A stretch of DNA of 64,000 nucleotides from Tubiluchus corallicola (lineage: Eukaryota > Animalia > Priapulida). Below are positions 63,819-64,000 of the stretch, one piece after another (the first letter of the stretch is position 1; each line of letters starts with the position of its first letter). Under the pieces are notes generated by a model. It saw only the letters and a program-made list of their open reading frames with translations. It was not told where the DNA came from and did no database searches. Position numbers and translations under genes: made by a program. The DNA lies in NCBI GenBank assembly GCA_030141605.1, contig JAQGDQ010000978.1, positions 10,005 through 74,004 of the forward strand, written 5' to 3'.

Positions 63819-64000
63819 CCTTTGCAAAATATGTAGATTTTTCTCTATAGAAACTAATGGCTTAACTCAATATATACTTATAATGAATAGAAAAAATAAA
63901 AAGATATCTAATTTATATAGTACTTTTAATCCATCTGTTTTGAGAGTAATAAAAATAGTTACTAAGATAAGTAGACAATGCTGGAATTGATGTAAGCATG
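63819..64000 (+). pseudogene. Decayed partial second copy of the ptsI 3' region
   Basis: Colinear with 62934-63115. Has a 1-nt deletion in the T-run at ~63840, an indel near 63965, and SIGTNDL changed to SIETNGL. Confidence 0.88.

Overview
The window is a two-kingdom chimera. Positions 1 to ~48,020 are AT-rich animal (invertebrate-like) genomic DNA. They hold two spliced genes that I could reconstruct by hand: the last two exons of an EGF-domain protein on +, and a complete two-exon secreted LRRNT-LRR-LRRCT protein on -. They also hold many non-autonomous DNA transposons (hAT-, piggyBac-, Tc1/mariner-, Kolobok- and foldback-like), tRNA-derived SINEs, LINE-like 3' ends, minisatellites and very long microsatellites. 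From ~48,050 to the end, with no N-gap, the sequence is gene-dense low-GC bacterial DNA, all on the + strand, whose proteins look Fusobacteriota-like (inference). It encodes a LacI-operator-controlled sugar ABC transporter (binding protein plus 2 permeases), a 497-aa protein of unknown function, a MORN-variant lipoprotein, htpG, rarD and a fruR-fruK-fruA-ptsH-ptsI fructose PTS operon, followed by a decayed esterase and a decayed partial second ptsI. The main question is whether the junction is a real bacterium-to-animal insertion or a mis-join of a co-sequenced symbiont or contaminant. Intact promoters, RBSs and terminators, plus single-base deficits in A-runs (ptsI, probably the fruR end), favour a mis-join. 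Sequence alone cannot decide it. No CRISPR array, rRNA or intact tRNA gene was seen.
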